Shown here: in pieces, positions 28,180 through 38,145 of the stretch
Layout of the letters: each line of letters begins with the position of its first letter
Position numbering within the stretch: the stretch's first letter is position 1
IMG/VR virus record: IMGVR_UViG_3300023435_000009
DNA from: a virus
Lineage: Duplodnaviria > Caudoviricetes
DNA length: 64,000 nucleotides
Strand: one strand, 5' to 3'
The notes under the pieces: model-generated
What the model saw: the letters and a program-made list of their open reading frames with translations, nothing else
Told to the model about the DNA's origin: nothing
Databases searched by the model: none
Position numbers and translations under genes: made by a program

Positions 28180-29207
28180 CCGAAGATCCAAGGACCCTTC
28201 TGGACGCCCTGGCCTCTCTGGAGAAGGAAGTCACGGAGGAGTCCCCTGCGTTGGGGCAGATCCTGGCTGACGCTCGTGACAAAAAGATTGAGGTAACGGA
28301 AGCCGTTCGTTGGATCATGCAGATCAGCGAGGAGGATCCGAAGGCCCGAGAGGCACTGGAGAAGGCCGCTGAGAAGCTGCCTGAACCTCAGCTTGAGACA
28401 CATAACCCGACCAACAAGCTCCCTCGGATCAATCCTCTGGTAGAAGCCGGACTGATTGAGCGTGCCCAGTTGGATGGTGACATGCCTGAGTTACGGTCAG
28501 GACCGATCCTCAAGGGGCAACTCCCTTCTGTCCCTGTGGACACCACTGCTAGGAACTCTGTGATGGTAGGTCGGATGCTTGCCGCTGCCGCATTGGAAAC
28601 CCAGACACAGTTGGACACCCACGAGAAGAAACGGCTTCAAGGTATTACAGCCGATCCCGCAGTCCTCAAAGTTATAGCCGACCATGGGAGGGCTGTTGTC
28701 AAACCGGACGTAGCCCTAGACATCGCCAAGTTCGGGTCTGCGGGAACGGATCTGTCAGGGTATCGCCGGGGGCAACTCCCGGCCCTGGCAAAAACGGCCA
28801 AACCTACTGGGGCGGAGTTGGCTGTGCTCAAAAAGAAGGAAACCCTGGAGGCCACCTGGGCAGCGGTGGCAACATCCCAGGGGCGGCGTTCTGTGTCGCC
28901 CGTGATCAGGGATGGGATCATCCAGGCTCTGGCCCGGTTGAGGTTCGATGTGACACCCCGAGATCCTGTGGAGGGAAATGAGACCCCCTGCGCCCTTGCA
29001 ACGTGGGCAGTGGACATCTCAGGTCGGGAATCCTTGTCCCCGAACTTTTCTTTTTTTGACATAGCAGCGATGGCCTTGGCCTCTGACCTTGTGGACAAGC
29101 TCCAGGACAAAACACCTAGACCCCTGATCCTTGAGGTTGCACCGATGCACCAGATCAATGAGAGGACGGTGGGTTGGTGCGGGCGCTTGTACGAGTCCTC
29201 ACCATGA
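28176..29207 (+). CDS. Hypothetical protein
   Basis: 343-aa ATGA-coupled ORF. Confidence 0.7.
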   Translation: MTEDPRTLLDALASLEKEVTEESPALGQILADARDKKIEVTEAVRWIMQISEEDPKAREALEKAAEKLPEPQLETHNPTNKLPRINPLVEAGLIERAQLDGDMPELRSGPILKGQLPSVPVDTTARNSVMVGRMLAAAALETQTQLDTHEKKRLQGITADPAVLKVIADHGRAVVKPDVALDIAKFGSAGTDLSGYRRGQLPALAKTAKPTGAELAVLKKKETLEATWAAVATSQGRRSVSPVIRDGIIQALARLRFDVTPRDPVEGNETPCALATWAVDISGRESLSPNFSFFDIAAMALASDLVDKLQDKTPRPLILEVAPMHQINERTVGWCGRLYESSP

Positions 29208-29512
29208 TCGTAGAACTGATCGCAGCCATCCAGAGTCTCCCTGCCAAGCCCGACTGGATCGTTTTTCTGTGCCCCACAGTTGAGTCCGCCCTCCAACATA
29301 GTCGGATGCTAGCGGTACTGTTACCTAAGGATGCAAAGTTCTCAGGGCGGACGGCGGTGTTGAGATCCCACAGGATCTCGGTGGCTGCTGTCTCCGAGGA
29401 GGTCTTTGTTCCCCCAGCGAGCCCCTTCCTTCTGAAGTTGTTCGGTTGGGACCAAACCTCTGCGGAGGAGACAACGGAATGGCAAACGAGATCAGCAGGG
29501 TGGCTCCCCTAA
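29204..29512 (+). CDS. Hypothetical protein
   Basis: ATGA-coupled ORF. Confidence 0.5.
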   Translation: MIVELIAAIQSLPAKPDWIVFLCPTVESALQHSRMLAVLLPKDAKFSGRTAVLRSHRISVAAVSEEVFVPPASPFLLKLFGWDQTSAEETTEWQTRSAGWLP

Positions 29513-29784
29513 GGGTAGAGCCTTCCCGTGTTTGGACGCTGGTGATAACTGGCGGTAACTCCTTCATCATCGAGATGACCATGACACCGACCCTCCATCA
29601 TGACGGGGGGCGTACTGTGTGGAAGATGCACGGAACGGAGGAGGCTGTGATGGCCGTGGAGGAGTTGATCAAGGAACGGGCGGGCGTCCGAGTGGAAAGG
29701 CTCACCGAGATCCAGTCGGCATCTCAGAAGCGTGAGCGCATGGGGTTGCTGGGCCTGAACGAGGACACCGTTCTCCTAAACTGA
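29479..29784 (+). CDS. Hypothetical protein
   Basis: GGAGGAG RBS before the ATG at 29479. Confidence 0.5.
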   Translation: MANEISRVAPLRVEPSRVWTLVITGGNSFIIEMTMTPTLHHDGGRTVWKMHGTEEAVMAVEELIKERAGVRVERLTEIQSASQKRERMGLLGLNEDTVLLN

Positions 29785-30134
29785 CCCAATCAAGGACACA
29801 CCCGATTGGTGTTAGGTTCCTGCTTCACAGAAGACAGTTTCACTTGATCTAGGACCAAGCCAGCGCTCCCCTCTCCACAGGCTGTCACCGTCGAACTGAC
29901 GGTCAAAAAACAATCGCAAAAGACATTAAGTCTCTCAACGATTTGGATTTTACGGTGAGATCTTTTCTCACCAACCACCGAATCCAAAATTCCAAAGAAC
30001 ACTTTGAAGAGCTTGGCTATCGCCCTTACGCCAATCACGATAAGAAGAAAGAGAAAAGAAGTCAAGGATTCTTGACCTCGCAAGGACTAATGTCCTATTA
30101 AAGGCTGTTTTAACCCACTGTTAGCAACCCCCTC

Positions 30135-30701
30135 TTAGCCCTTCCGGTTCCTCCAGCGCCACCACAGCCGTTTCCACCATCCAGCCCGGCACAGTGCGTT
30201 GTAGACTCGTAAAGCCCTGATAGCGCCGTTCTCGGCCCTGTGTGTAGCCTGCTCAGGTTCGATGCCCAGGAAAACGCAGACGTTGTGAAGGGAGGCACTC
30301 TCTAACCCGCAGAGGGGCAGGTGCTCCATGGCCAGCACTGAGGTGTCGATGTGTCGGTGGTCGATCCAGGCATCGATCTCTTCCCGTTTCAGGAGGGCCT
30401 TGATGAAGCCGATGTCGAAGCCGACGTTGTGTCCCACCAGGATGCAGTTGTCCAGCAACTTGCCGATCCTCTCAGCAGCATCCAGAGGGGCTAAAGCGTC
30501 TTTCCAGTCCTCCGGTTTGTAGCCGTTGACTTCCAGAGCCTTGGGACTGGCCGTCTCTATGTGCTGTGGTTTGATCCTGAACCCTTGGCCAACGGTCCCA
30601 TCCTGAAACACTGCTGCAAACTCGATCATCTCGTGAACAAAAGGATCGAGCCCAGTTGTTTCCGTGTCGATAAAGCAAAGTCTGCGATCTTTCAGTTTCA
30701 T
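30135..30701 (-). CDS. DEDDh 3'-5' exonuclease (DnaQ/epsilon-like)
   Basis: IDTETTGLDP, GHNVGFD, IDT, HRAENGA (last Asp replaced by Gly). Confidence 0.85.
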   Translation of the reverse strand: MKLKDRRLCFIDTETTGLDPFVHEMIEFAAVFQDGTVGQGFRIKPQHIETASPKALEVNGYKPEDWKDALAPLDAAERIGKLLDNCILVGHNVGFDIGFIKALLKREEIDAWIDHRHIDTSVLAMEHLPLCGLESASLHNVCVFLGIEPEQATHRAENGAIRALRVYNALCRAGWWKRLWWRWRNRKG

Positions 30702-30817
30702 TGGTACCTCCGTCCTCTGACTCTACCCCAAATCCCTTGAAACTTTCTGAAAGGAAGGGAAACTAATGCCCTTTCCCCGCCCTGATGAGTAGATGAAGGT
30801 AAGGTACCGGAAAGGAG

Positions 30818-31411
30818 ATGCAGATGGATCGAAAAACATACAGGGAATCCCTGGACGGTCGTTGGGCGGAAGCACTACTGGCTGCTACAACGGAAGGGTC
30901 GGACGGTCCTTTGTATCAGCGTTTGTTGGCTGCTCGTGAACATCTTGAAACAGTTGTGGACGAGGCCAATGAAGCTCTGGCAGCCAACCCCCTGACTGAA
31001 ACGGTGGCGAAAGCAGCAGCCCAGAAGTCCAACAGGAAAGGCGTCTGTACCATCAAGGTTGACGCCCTCGGGATCGTTCAGTTGGAGGTTGCGGCGAACA
31101 CGGATGGGGACAAGAACTGGACGAGCACCCTCCCGTCGTTGGATGCTCTTCGGAAAGCTGCGAAGGAAGCTGGGATCGATCCTGAACCCTTTGGTAGAGG
31201 CAAACGTGCCCTGATGGAGGCGATTCAGGAGGCGACTGCGAAGCCCACCCCGAAACGTCGGATGGTTAAAACGGCCCCAGCACTTGGTCAGGCTATCATC
31301 GTCACTCTCCCCGAGTCCAACACCTCCGACATCGTGGGAAGACTTGAGGCCGATCCTACTGCAGATGGTCGGAACGACATCCTTCGTGATCCTCACGGGA
31401 ACAACTCCTAA
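30818..31411 (+). CDS. Hypothetical protein
   Basis: AAAGGAG RBS and a long ORF. Confidence 0.6.
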   Translation: MQMDRKTYRESLDGRWAEALLAATTEGSDGPLYQRLLAAREHLETVVDEANEALAANPLTETVAKAAAQKSNRKGVCTIKVDALGIVQLEVAANTDGDKNWTSTLPSLDALRKAAKEAGIDPEPFGRGKRALMEAIQEATAKPTPKRRMVKTAPALGQAIIVTLPESNTSDIVGRLEADPTADGRNDILRDPHGNNS

Positions 31412-31460
31412 TCTCGTTGATCTGCCTTTATAGATCCTGTCAGCAGGATGGGGGACTAGA

Positions 31461-31784
31461 ATGGCAGAGGACTTCTGGATAGACAATGTAGGGCAGAACA
31501 TGCTTAAAGGGGTTGATGGCGACGTCACCAACCCGTTGAGACTGAGCGACCACTACATCAATCAGTTTCTATTGCACATCCCCAGTGCCCGAGCCTCCTA
31601 CAATCGTCTTTACCCCAGTTTGTTACCGGAAGAGCAGGCCCGATTAGACAGGCTCACAGAGACTGCGGCTTCGGAAATGATCCTGGATGACGTGGTCGCA
31701 GCCGACCGTCTACAAAACGTAATGAATACGGCTGGTGTTCAACGTGGGGGCCGGTGGAAACCACCCCCCTACAAGGCACCTTGA
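31461..31784 (+). CDS. Hypothetical protein
   Basis: ORF with RBS. Confidence 0.55.
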   Translation: MAEDFWIDNVGQNMLKGVDGDVTNPLRLSDHYINQFLLHIPSARASYNRLYPSLLPEEQARLDRLTETAASEMILDDVVAADRLQNVMNTAGVQRGGRWKPPPYKAP

Positions 31785-31789
31785 TGGGT

Positions 31790-32083
31790 ATGGTACAACG
31801 GACAGGAGCTTCGTGAAAGGTAGACAAAACTGGACATGCGGCTTTGAGGCTAAGGAGGAGTGTTAAGGTGAACCACCAGAATAAAAATGGTGGAACTAAG
31901 GGTGAGACTCCTACGTTCTCCGGGTTGTCCTTAAGGACAGCTACCCTGGAATGTGTCCAGTTCCAGGCTCTAGCGGTATCAAAGGACGAAACAAGACCTG
32001 AAATGGTTGGTAACATCTTCGATACAACCAGAGGCCCGGAAACTTTGCCGAGGACAACAATTTCCCTTCGGGAGGTGTCTTAA
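31790..32083 (+). ncRNA. Putative omegaRNA of IscB element (boundaries approximate)
   Basis: About 290 nt of non-coding leader directly 5' of iscB, with omegaRNA-like blocks CTACCCTGGAATGT..CCAGTTCCAGGCTCT and TTGCCGAGG near the RBS. Confidence 0.6.
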
Positions 32084-33346
32084 ATGACACAGAAAGTCTT
32101 TGTGATAGACGCTGACGGGAAGCAGTTACTTCCCACTCATCCGGCACGGGCTAGAAAGTTAGTGCAAGCTGGTCGTGCCCAGGTACACCAAGTGGTACCC
32201 TTTACAATCCAATTGGCCCGTGTTGTTGAGAATCCTGTTGGAACTTTTACTGTTGGCATCGATGATGGGGCAAAACACGTTGGCATAGCGATGGTAAACG
32301 AGCATACCAAGGAAGTAGTTTTCCGAGGTACTGTCCGGTTACGTCAGGATGTTACAAGGAAGATGACGCAACGGGCAGCGTATCGACGAACAAGAAGAAA
32401 TCGGAAGCTCCGACATCGCCCAGCTCGATTCCTGAACCGAGGAAGGAAGGGTTTTTTGTCCCCGACTATTCGACAGAAGAAGGATAGCATACTTCGAGTG
32501 ATTAGAGATCTTGGGAAGGTTCTTCACATCACCAAGGCTGTTGTTGAAGAGGGGCAGTTTGACATTAGCAGTATGGCGGCAGGCAGGAAGTTGGTTGGTG
32601 CAGAGTTCCAACAGTCGGAATACGAGGGTCGGAACTTCCGTGCCAAGGTACTCTGGCGGGATCGTTACAAATGCACACGTTGCAGCTCTACTGAGTGGCT
32701 CCAAGCACATCACATCAAGCCAAAGAGTGTGGGTGGTGGGAACTCCCCGAGCAACGGCCTTACCCTGTGTAGAACTTGCCACAAGGAACTTCACGATGGG
32801 CTGTGGGTGCTAACTGCCAGACCCAAGCGGTTCCTCTACCCTGCTCATTTACAAGCAGGAAAGAAGTACCTGCGTGAAGGGTTGCGTTCATGCGGTCTCG
32901 CTGTGAACACTTGTTGTGGGTGGATGACTAAGTTGTGGCGTGACACCTTAAAGTTGCCCAAGGCGCACGATCTCGATGCTGTAGCGATGGTGTGCCGAGC
33001 ATACAGACCGACAATCACGGAAAGGATGTTCACTATAATCCCCCGTCGAACTAAGGTGTGGGAGGACAACCCAACGAAGAAATGTCATGAACGTATGGGG
33101 TTTCGGCATTGGGACTTGGTACGAGCAAGACATCGTAGTCGGGGAGTGGTTGTAGGGTCGGTACGGAGCTTAAAGGAGCGTGGCCTAACCTTACGAACAC
33201 ATGGGGATAGTAACTTCCCTGTGTCATATAGTAAAACCCAGTTGCTATGGCGACCAAAAGGTCTAGTGTATATAGGTGTGCTTGGGCTTTTTTGTCCTAG
33301 TGCCTTACAGGAGGAAGTCAGATGCGTACTTTTGTGGTCTTCGTGA
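32084..33346 (+). CDS. iscB: IscB RNA-guided nuclease, full length
   Basis: PLMP-like QLLPTHPARAR, RuvC-I GIDDG, Arg-rich RRTRRNRKLRHR, RuvC-II VVEE, HNH, RuvC-III HDLDA. Confidence 0.92.
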   Translation: MTQKVFVIDADGKQLLPTHPARARKLVQAGRAQVHQVVPFTIQLARVVENPVGTFTVGIDDGAKHVGIAMVNEHTKEVVFRGTVRLRQDVTRKMTQRAAYRRTRRNRKLRHRPARFLNRGRKGFLSPTIRQKKDSILRVIRDLGKVLHITKAVVEEGQFDISSMAAGRKLVGAEFQQSEYEGRNFRAKVLWRDRYKCTRCSSTEWLQAHHIKPKSVGGGNSPSNGLTLCRTCHKELHDGLWVLTARPKRFLYPAHLQAGKKYLREGLRSCGLAVNTCCGWMTKLWRDTLKLPKAHDLDAVAMVCRAYRPTITERMFTIIPRRTKVWEDNPTKKCHERMGFRHWDLVRARHRSRGVVVGSVRSLKERGLTLRTHGDSNFPVSYSKTQLLWRPKGLVYIGVLGLFCPSALQEEVRCVLLWSS

Positions 33347-33678
33347 TTTCTGCGGCTCTGTTGTGGGGGTGCTCCTCCACATGTCTCGTGCGGGACGAGG
33401 CTGTCTACCGCACCGAGATGGACTTCATGGAGCAGGCGGCTCTACAACCTGCAGCTTCCCTGGAGATCTTCATCCAGCAGCATTGTGTGTGCGTGGCTGG
33501 TCAGTTTACGACTGATGTTTGCCGGGATGCTGCGGACAAGGTCGTGACGGTACAGGCGAGGGTACCCTGGCATAAAGCGATGTCATTGTACCTGGGTGGG
33601 TTGTCGAAAAAACGGCCCCCGAAAGAGCCGCCTGTCATTCCGTTGCCTGAGTCACTGTGCCTGAAGAGAGGTAACTGA
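33322..33678 (+). CDS. Putative lipoprotein
   Basis: Signal peptide with lipobox LWGC. Confidence 0.6.
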   Translation: MRTFVVFVISAALLWGCSSTCLVRDEAVYRTEMDFMEQAALQPAASLEIFIQQHCVCVAGQFTTDVCRDAADKVVTVQARVPWHKAMSLYLGGLSKKRPPKEPPVIPLPESLCLKRGN

Positions 33679-33680
33679 TC

Positions 33681-34049
33681 ATGGATTTTGACAAGCTGCT
33701 AGAGAAGTTGCTTCCTATTCTTGGACAGAAGGTCATCGACAAGATCACGGACGAATTGGACGGTGTCATTGACAAGTCCAAGGGCTGGCAGAAGTCAGTC
33801 CTGGCGTTGGCCGCCGATGCAATCGAGAAGTTTGGTCCCGAGGGGATCGTCATGGCCATCAATGTGGTCAAAGATCTGAAGAAAAACAAGGTGCCGGATA
33901 TGCCCTGGGCAAATCTGCGGGTGTCCAGTGATATACTGGCGGAACTCCAGAACGCCGAGGCGGACAAGAAAACTGCTGCTCATGACTTCCTGGTGAAAAT
34001 CTCGAGGGTATTCGGATTGATCCTGGGTGGTTTGTTCAAACTGATTTGA
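33681..34049 (+). CDS. Hypothetical protein
   Basis: ORF with RBS in the operon. Confidence 0.65.
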   Translation: MDFDKLLEKLLPILGQKVIDKITDELDGVIDKSKGWQKSVLALAADAIEKFGPEGIVMAINVVKDLKKNKVPDMPWANLRVSSDILAELQNAEADKKTAAHDFLVKISRVFGLILGGLFKLI

Positions 34050-34065
34050 GGAAGAGGAGGACGTC

Positions 34066-34593
34066 ATGTCTAATTTGTTTACACCCCCATCTGCACGGGG
34101 ACGTTCAATCGCCGCCAACGCAAGGGAGCAGTTGGAGGCCGAGGCCCTGTTCCGTAAGCGGGGCATCCCTATCCCCACCCAGGCGCTTCCCGAGGTAGAG
34201 GTCCCCGTGGTGGAGCCGGAGCCTGTCATCGAGGCCGAACCTGAGGTCGTGCCTCCTGCGGAACCCGACCCGGCATTGGCCGAGGAAGAGCCCGAGGTCG
34301 AAGCGGTGCCTGAGGACAAGCTGGAAGACGAACCTGAGAACGTGGACGACCTCATCCTAGAGGACGAGGAAGCGGTCGAGGCGGCTCTGGATGCCAAGCC
34401 AGAGGTCAAAGAGGAACAGGAGCCTGAGGTAGAGGCGGACCCTGAGGCCAAGCCCGAGTACGTGGTTCCCGAGTTCTCGTCCAAGACGAACAAGACGAGG
34501 CTCTTGGAGATCGCAGATGCCCTGGCGGTCCATGTGACCATGGACGACACCAAGAAAGAGATCCTGAAGGCTCTGGAGAAGGCCCTGGCCTGA
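34066..34593 (+). CDS. Acidic Glu/Pro-rich protein with C-terminal HeH/Rho-N-like domain
   Basis: Low-complexity EPE region; NKTRLLEIADALAV..TKKEILKAL. Confidence 0.6.
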   Translation: MSNLFTPPSARGRSIAANAREQLEAEALFRKRGIPIPTQALPEVEVPVVEPEPVIEAEPEVVPPAEPDPALAEEEPEVEAVPEDKLEDEPENVDDLILEDEEAVEAALDAKPEVKEEQEPEVEADPEAKPEYVVPEFSSKTNKTRLLEIADALAVHVTMDDTKKEILKALEKALA

Positions 34594-34596
34594 TCC

Positions 34597-35091
34597 ATGA
34601 GTAAGGTTACCGCACCAACATCTCTGATGCGGGTCGCAAAGTACATCCCCGAAAGGATGTATGGCTTCCTGCAACCGGACTCGGGCGACGAGGTCTTTTT
34701 CCATCTACGGGTGTTCCACCCGCCAACGGAATGGACTGTCAACCCGGTATGTGCAGCGTGTGCGTTGTCCTGTCAGTGGGCCGAAGCTCCGCCGCCTCCG
34801 ATCCTTGGGGAGGAGGTAGAGGTGGAAATGGACACGTCCTCTTTGCAGTCACGGGCGAAAACGGTCACCAGGCTGAAATCACCCCTTCCTGTCGCCGGAA
34901 AAGTCGACACCTTTGATGTCACACGAGGGTACGGTTTTATCCGGGGTGAGGACGATGTTGTCTACCATCTCCATCGTAGTGAAGTGGTGGAGGGGAGACT
35001 CCCCATCCCAAGTCAGTCCGTGATGTTTTTTGCGGGCGTCAGGCAGGGCAAGCCTAGAGCTTGTCACATTCGGATTTGTGGAGATGTGTGA
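34597..35091 (+). CDS. Tandem cold-shock domain protein
   Basis: Two RNP1/RNP2 sets: MYGFL..DEVFFH and RGYGFI..VYHLH. Confidence 0.8.
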   Translation: MSKVTAPTSLMRVAKYIPERMYGFLQPDSGDEVFFHLRVFHPPTEWTVNPVCAACALSCQWAEAPPPPILGEEVEVEMDTSSLQSRAKTVTRLKSPLPVAGKVDTFDVTRGYGFIRGEDDVVYHLHRSEVVEGRLPIPSQSVMFFAGVRQGKPRACHIRICGDV

Positions 35092-35672
35092 TGGCCAAGG
35101 ATAAAAACATTTTCGGGGGCGGAAATCCGCACGGTCTGTACGTTCCGATGTCAGAGGATGAACAGGAAACCATCCAGCGTATCATCGACTCCCAGACCAT
35201 ACGGATCGTGGTCCACCCCTGGAACATGGTCGTCACGCCATCCTGGATCGGTGTGGGTGACAAGCGGGTCGCCGTGAAGTTCGGACTGGCATTCACGGCC
35301 CCGGAAACGCTGATCCCTGTGAAGTCCCTAGACATAGAACTCCAGGCATATGGTGGCGTTACGCTCCTTCGCAGACCCTACCCCACGATCATGCCCGATG
35401 GGTCCCCCATGTTGATCGGTGCTGGCCTGTCCGTAGAGCTTCAATGGGACATCGCCATCGACCATATCGATCCCAGGCTCGTCAAAGCTGTCAAGCCTGG
35501 GGCAAAGGGACTCACTTCACGGCGGATCGATCCTGACACGAAGGAACGGACACCTGAGGGGAACCTGCGGTACAAGGGGGAAAAGAGGGCCAAGCTTCGT
35601 GTGGTTGACGCCGCTGACGAGAAAATGCGACGGAGCGACGCCGAGAAGGTCAGGAAGCTTGAAGGTCAATAG
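35088..35672 (+). CDS. Hypothetical protein
   Basis: Coupled ORF. Confidence 0.65.
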   Translation: MMAKDKNIFGGGNPHGLYVPMSEDEQETIQRIIDSQTIRIVVHPWNMVVTPSWIGVGDKRVAVKFGLAFTAPETLIPVKSLDIELQAYGGVTLLRRPYPTIMPDGSPMLIGAGLSVELQWDIAIDHIDPRLVKAVKPGAKGLTSRRIDPDTKERTPEGNLRYKGEKRAKLRVVDAADEKMRRSDAEKVRKLEGQ

Positions 35673-35710
35673 CTGCTCTATCCTCTACCCCGGATAGGGG
35701 GAACGACTCC

Positions 35711-36157
35711 ATGGGTAGAATCGCAGCACGCCGTCATGCAGCAGCCGTCCGTAGGCTGGCGGTCAAGTATCAGCAAGAGCGGCTGACACTGATGGACCCC
35801 CTGTTCAACGTCCGAGAGATCCTGAAGCAGTGTGTCCTGTTAGAGGACCACCTCCTCCATCCCTACAAGCTCTGTCCCGACTGCATTCACAAGCATCTAC
35901 TGACCATAGAGGCCCTCGGGGACGAGGGCGTGACCCTGGACACTCCAAACGGTGTTTACACCGATGCCTTGGAGGGTGTAGCCGAGTTCGCTCGGGGGAC
36001 AATGGAAAACTTCCATGACGGGGAGTCACCTGCCGAGATCGCTCAACAGGTACGCCAGCTACGCAAAATCCTCACACCCGTTGCCTGCGACCCCCGTAGC
36101 ACCATCAATCGTATTGCTTCCGTTTATTTAATGATGCAGGAAGCCCACCCTCATTAG
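35711..36157 (+). CDS. Hypothetical protein with RIAxx motifs
   Basis: RIAARR, RLAVKY, RIASVY; CPDCIHKH. Confidence 0.6.
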   Translation: MGRIAARRHAAAVRRLAVKYQQERLTLMDPLFNVREILKQCVLLEDHLLHPYKLCPDCIHKHLLTIEALGDEGVTLDTPNGVYTDALEGVAEFARGTMENFHDGESPAEIAQQVRQLRKILTPVACDPRSTINRIASVYLMMQEAHPH

Positions 36158-36194
36158 CCTTTTCCGGGTAGAGTAAGAGGAACGGGAGGGGTCG

Positions 36195-36749
36195 ATGCGA
36201 TTAGGTCAGTTAGAGTTGATCTGCGGCTGCATGTTTTCGGGAAAAACGGTGAAGTTGATACACCGTTTACAAAATGCACAGAACGATCAACAGCACACAC
36301 TAGCAGTAAAGCCCCAAACGGACACCCGTTCAGGGGGGCGATTAGCTTCTCATGTGCAATCCGAATTTCCTGCAACGGAGGTGGGGTGCGCTGCGGAAAT
36401 CCTTAGCCTTGTTCATCGGGAACCTCACGTGGATGTTGTGGGGATAGACGAGGCTCAGTTTTTCGATTCCGACATTGTGCCCGTGTGTCAGTCCATGGTT
36501 GACCGAGGTATCCGGGTCATTGTGGCAGGGTTGGATCTGGATTACCGTGGGGTGCCTTTTGGCTCGATGCCTCAACTGCTCGCCCTGGCTGACAAATTTC
36601 TCAAGCTCACTGCCATCTGCACCGTGTGTGGTGGTGAGGCGACTAGATCCCAGCGTTTGACCGAGTCAACGGAACAGATAGAGTGCGGGGCTAAGGCCGA
36701 ATACGCAGCCCGGTGCCACGAACACTTCACACCCCCAAAGGAGTCCTGA
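36195..36749 (+). CDS. tdk: Thymidine kinase (type II)
   Basis: GCMFSGKT, GIDEAQFF, GLDLDYRG.PFG, KLTAICTVC, YAARC. Confidence 0.95.
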   Translation: MRLGQLELICGCMFSGKTVKLIHRLQNAQNDQQHTLAVKPQTDTRSGGRLASHVQSEFPATEVGCAAEILSLVHREPHVDVVGIDEAQFFDSDIVPVCQSMVDRGIRVIVAGLDLDYRGVPFGSMPQLLALADKFLKLTAICTVCGGEATRSQRLTESTEQIECGAKAEYAARCHEHFTPPKES

Positions 36750-38089
36750 TGGATCCTGTCACTGTATTTGCTCCTCTTGGGGACGACCCCCCGAAAGCGG
36801 ATCTTTACTACGGTGCTAACGTCATAGACACGCTTCGGCAATTACCCGCTGAGAGTGTCCACACCATTTGCACCAGTCCTCCTTTTTGGGGTCTTCGTGA
36901 CTATGGAACGCCTCCTCAGGTGTGGGGCGGAGAACCCGGATGTGACCATCTGTGGAAGGACGCATCATGTGTTAAGTGTGGGGCATGGCTAGGGGAATTA
37001 GGTGCAGAGCCGACCCCTGCGCTCTATGTCATCCACATTATATTGGTGTTTCGCGAGTTACATCGGATACTCCGCAAAGACGGGACAGCGTGGCTGAATC
37101 TTGGGGACAGTTATGCGAATGACGGGAAGTGGGGGGGATCAACAGGGGGTAAGCATGCCTCAGGGCTTCATGGAAAGAGTGGGATTGGTAGGGGCAAAAC
37201 AACCTCTGGTTTAAAGCCTAAGGATCTGGTTGGCACTCCCTGGAGGGTGGCCTTTGCACTTCAAGCGGATGGGTGGTGGTTACGTCAGGATATCATTTTT
37301 TGTAAACCTAACCCCATGCCAGAACCCGTGCGGGATCGCTGCACCCGACAACATGAATACATTTTCATGTTGTCGAAATCGAAACGGTATTTCTACGACA
37401 ATGAGGCACTTCGAGAGCCTGCGGTAATGAAACCATTAAGGAGACCTGTTGGGCGTCCTAAAGATGTTATTTCTCGTCAGGGACAGTTGCGTCAAGCTTG
37501 GTCAACGGTATCTCGTGAGGTAAGTGCTCAGGATACCCCTGATGGGAAACGAAATAGGCGTTCTGTTTGGACAATCAGTACACAGCCTTATAGAGGTGCT
37601 CATTTCGCCGTATGGCCGGAAGCCCTGGTTGAACCTATGATCAAAGCGGGAACGAGCGAAAAGGGTTGCTGTCCGGCCTGTGGGGCACAGTGGGAACGGG
37701 TGATAGAAAAGGAAGGGGGGCGTGACTGGCGCAAGGACAAAATGATCCCCAAGGGTATACCCGGAGAACTTGCTGGGGAGGGTAGTTACAAAAGAGGACA
37801 ATCGTCGTCACCCCTAACGGACACAATCCAAAAACGAACTGTTGGATGGCAGGCTTCCTGTGCCTGTGCCCTTGAAAAACCTATCCCTTGTACTGTACTT
37901 GATCCTTTTTCGGGTTCGGCAACCACGGGAGTCGTAACAATGCGTTTCGGCAGGGACTACATAGGGATTGATCTTCAAGAAGATTATCTGGATCTCGCCC
38001 TGACCCGTTTAGGGGGTGCGCCCTCCTCCTCACAGAAGAGTACTGAAACTGATGAGAGCAACCTCATCCTAGACCTGTTCGGGGAGTAA
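36749..38089 (+). CDS. Intact beta-class N4/N6 DNA methyltransferase
   Basis: CTSPPFWGLRDY..WLNLGDSY..KPNPMPE..HFAVWP..VLDPFSGSATTG..IGIDL. Confidence 0.92.
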   Translation: MDPVTVFAPLGDDPPKADLYYGANVIDTLRQLPAESVHTICTSPPFWGLRDYGTPPQVWGGEPGCDHLWKDASCVKCGAWLGELGAEPTPALYVIHIILVFRELHRILRKDGTAWLNLGDSYANDGKWGGSTGGKHASGLHGKSGIGRGKTTSGLKPKDLVGTPWRVAFALQADGWWLRQDIIFCKPNPMPEPVRDRCTRQHEYIFMLSKSKRYFYDNEALREPAVMKPLRRPVGRPKDVISRQGQLRQAWSTVSREVSAQDTPDGKRNRRSVWTISTQPYRGAHFAVWPEALVEPMIKAGTSEKGCCPACGAQWERVIEKEGGRDWRKDKMIPKGIPGELAGEGSYKRGQSSSPLTDTIQKRTVGWQASCACALEKPIPCTVLDPFSGSATTGVVTMRFGRDYIGIDLQEDYLDLALTRLGGAPSSSQKSTETDESNLILDLFGE

Positions 38090-38103
38090 GCCCGAACCCC
38101 TAA

Positions 38104-38131
38104 GAGATCATCTTCCGGCCCCTTGGAGTAG
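38104..38131 (+). promoter_or_regulatory. Bipartite motif GAGATCATC-N13-GAGTAG
   Basis: Exact 13-nt spacing, just upstream of the RBS of 38146. Confidence 0.65.
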
Positions 38132-38145
38132 TTAAGGGTACGGAG

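Noticed and set aside
29790-30083. 97-aa minus-strand ORF in an AT-richer patch
   Set aside because: No convincing RBS or motifs; it could be a small gene or a mobile-element remnant, but I cannot support either.
36749-38089. Intact SPPF-type methyltransferase as part of the split system
   Set aside because: It is complete, belongs to a different subfamily (SPPF, LNLGDSY, KPNPMPE), is 16 kb away and lacks the ARKPL/GRWPAN blocks.
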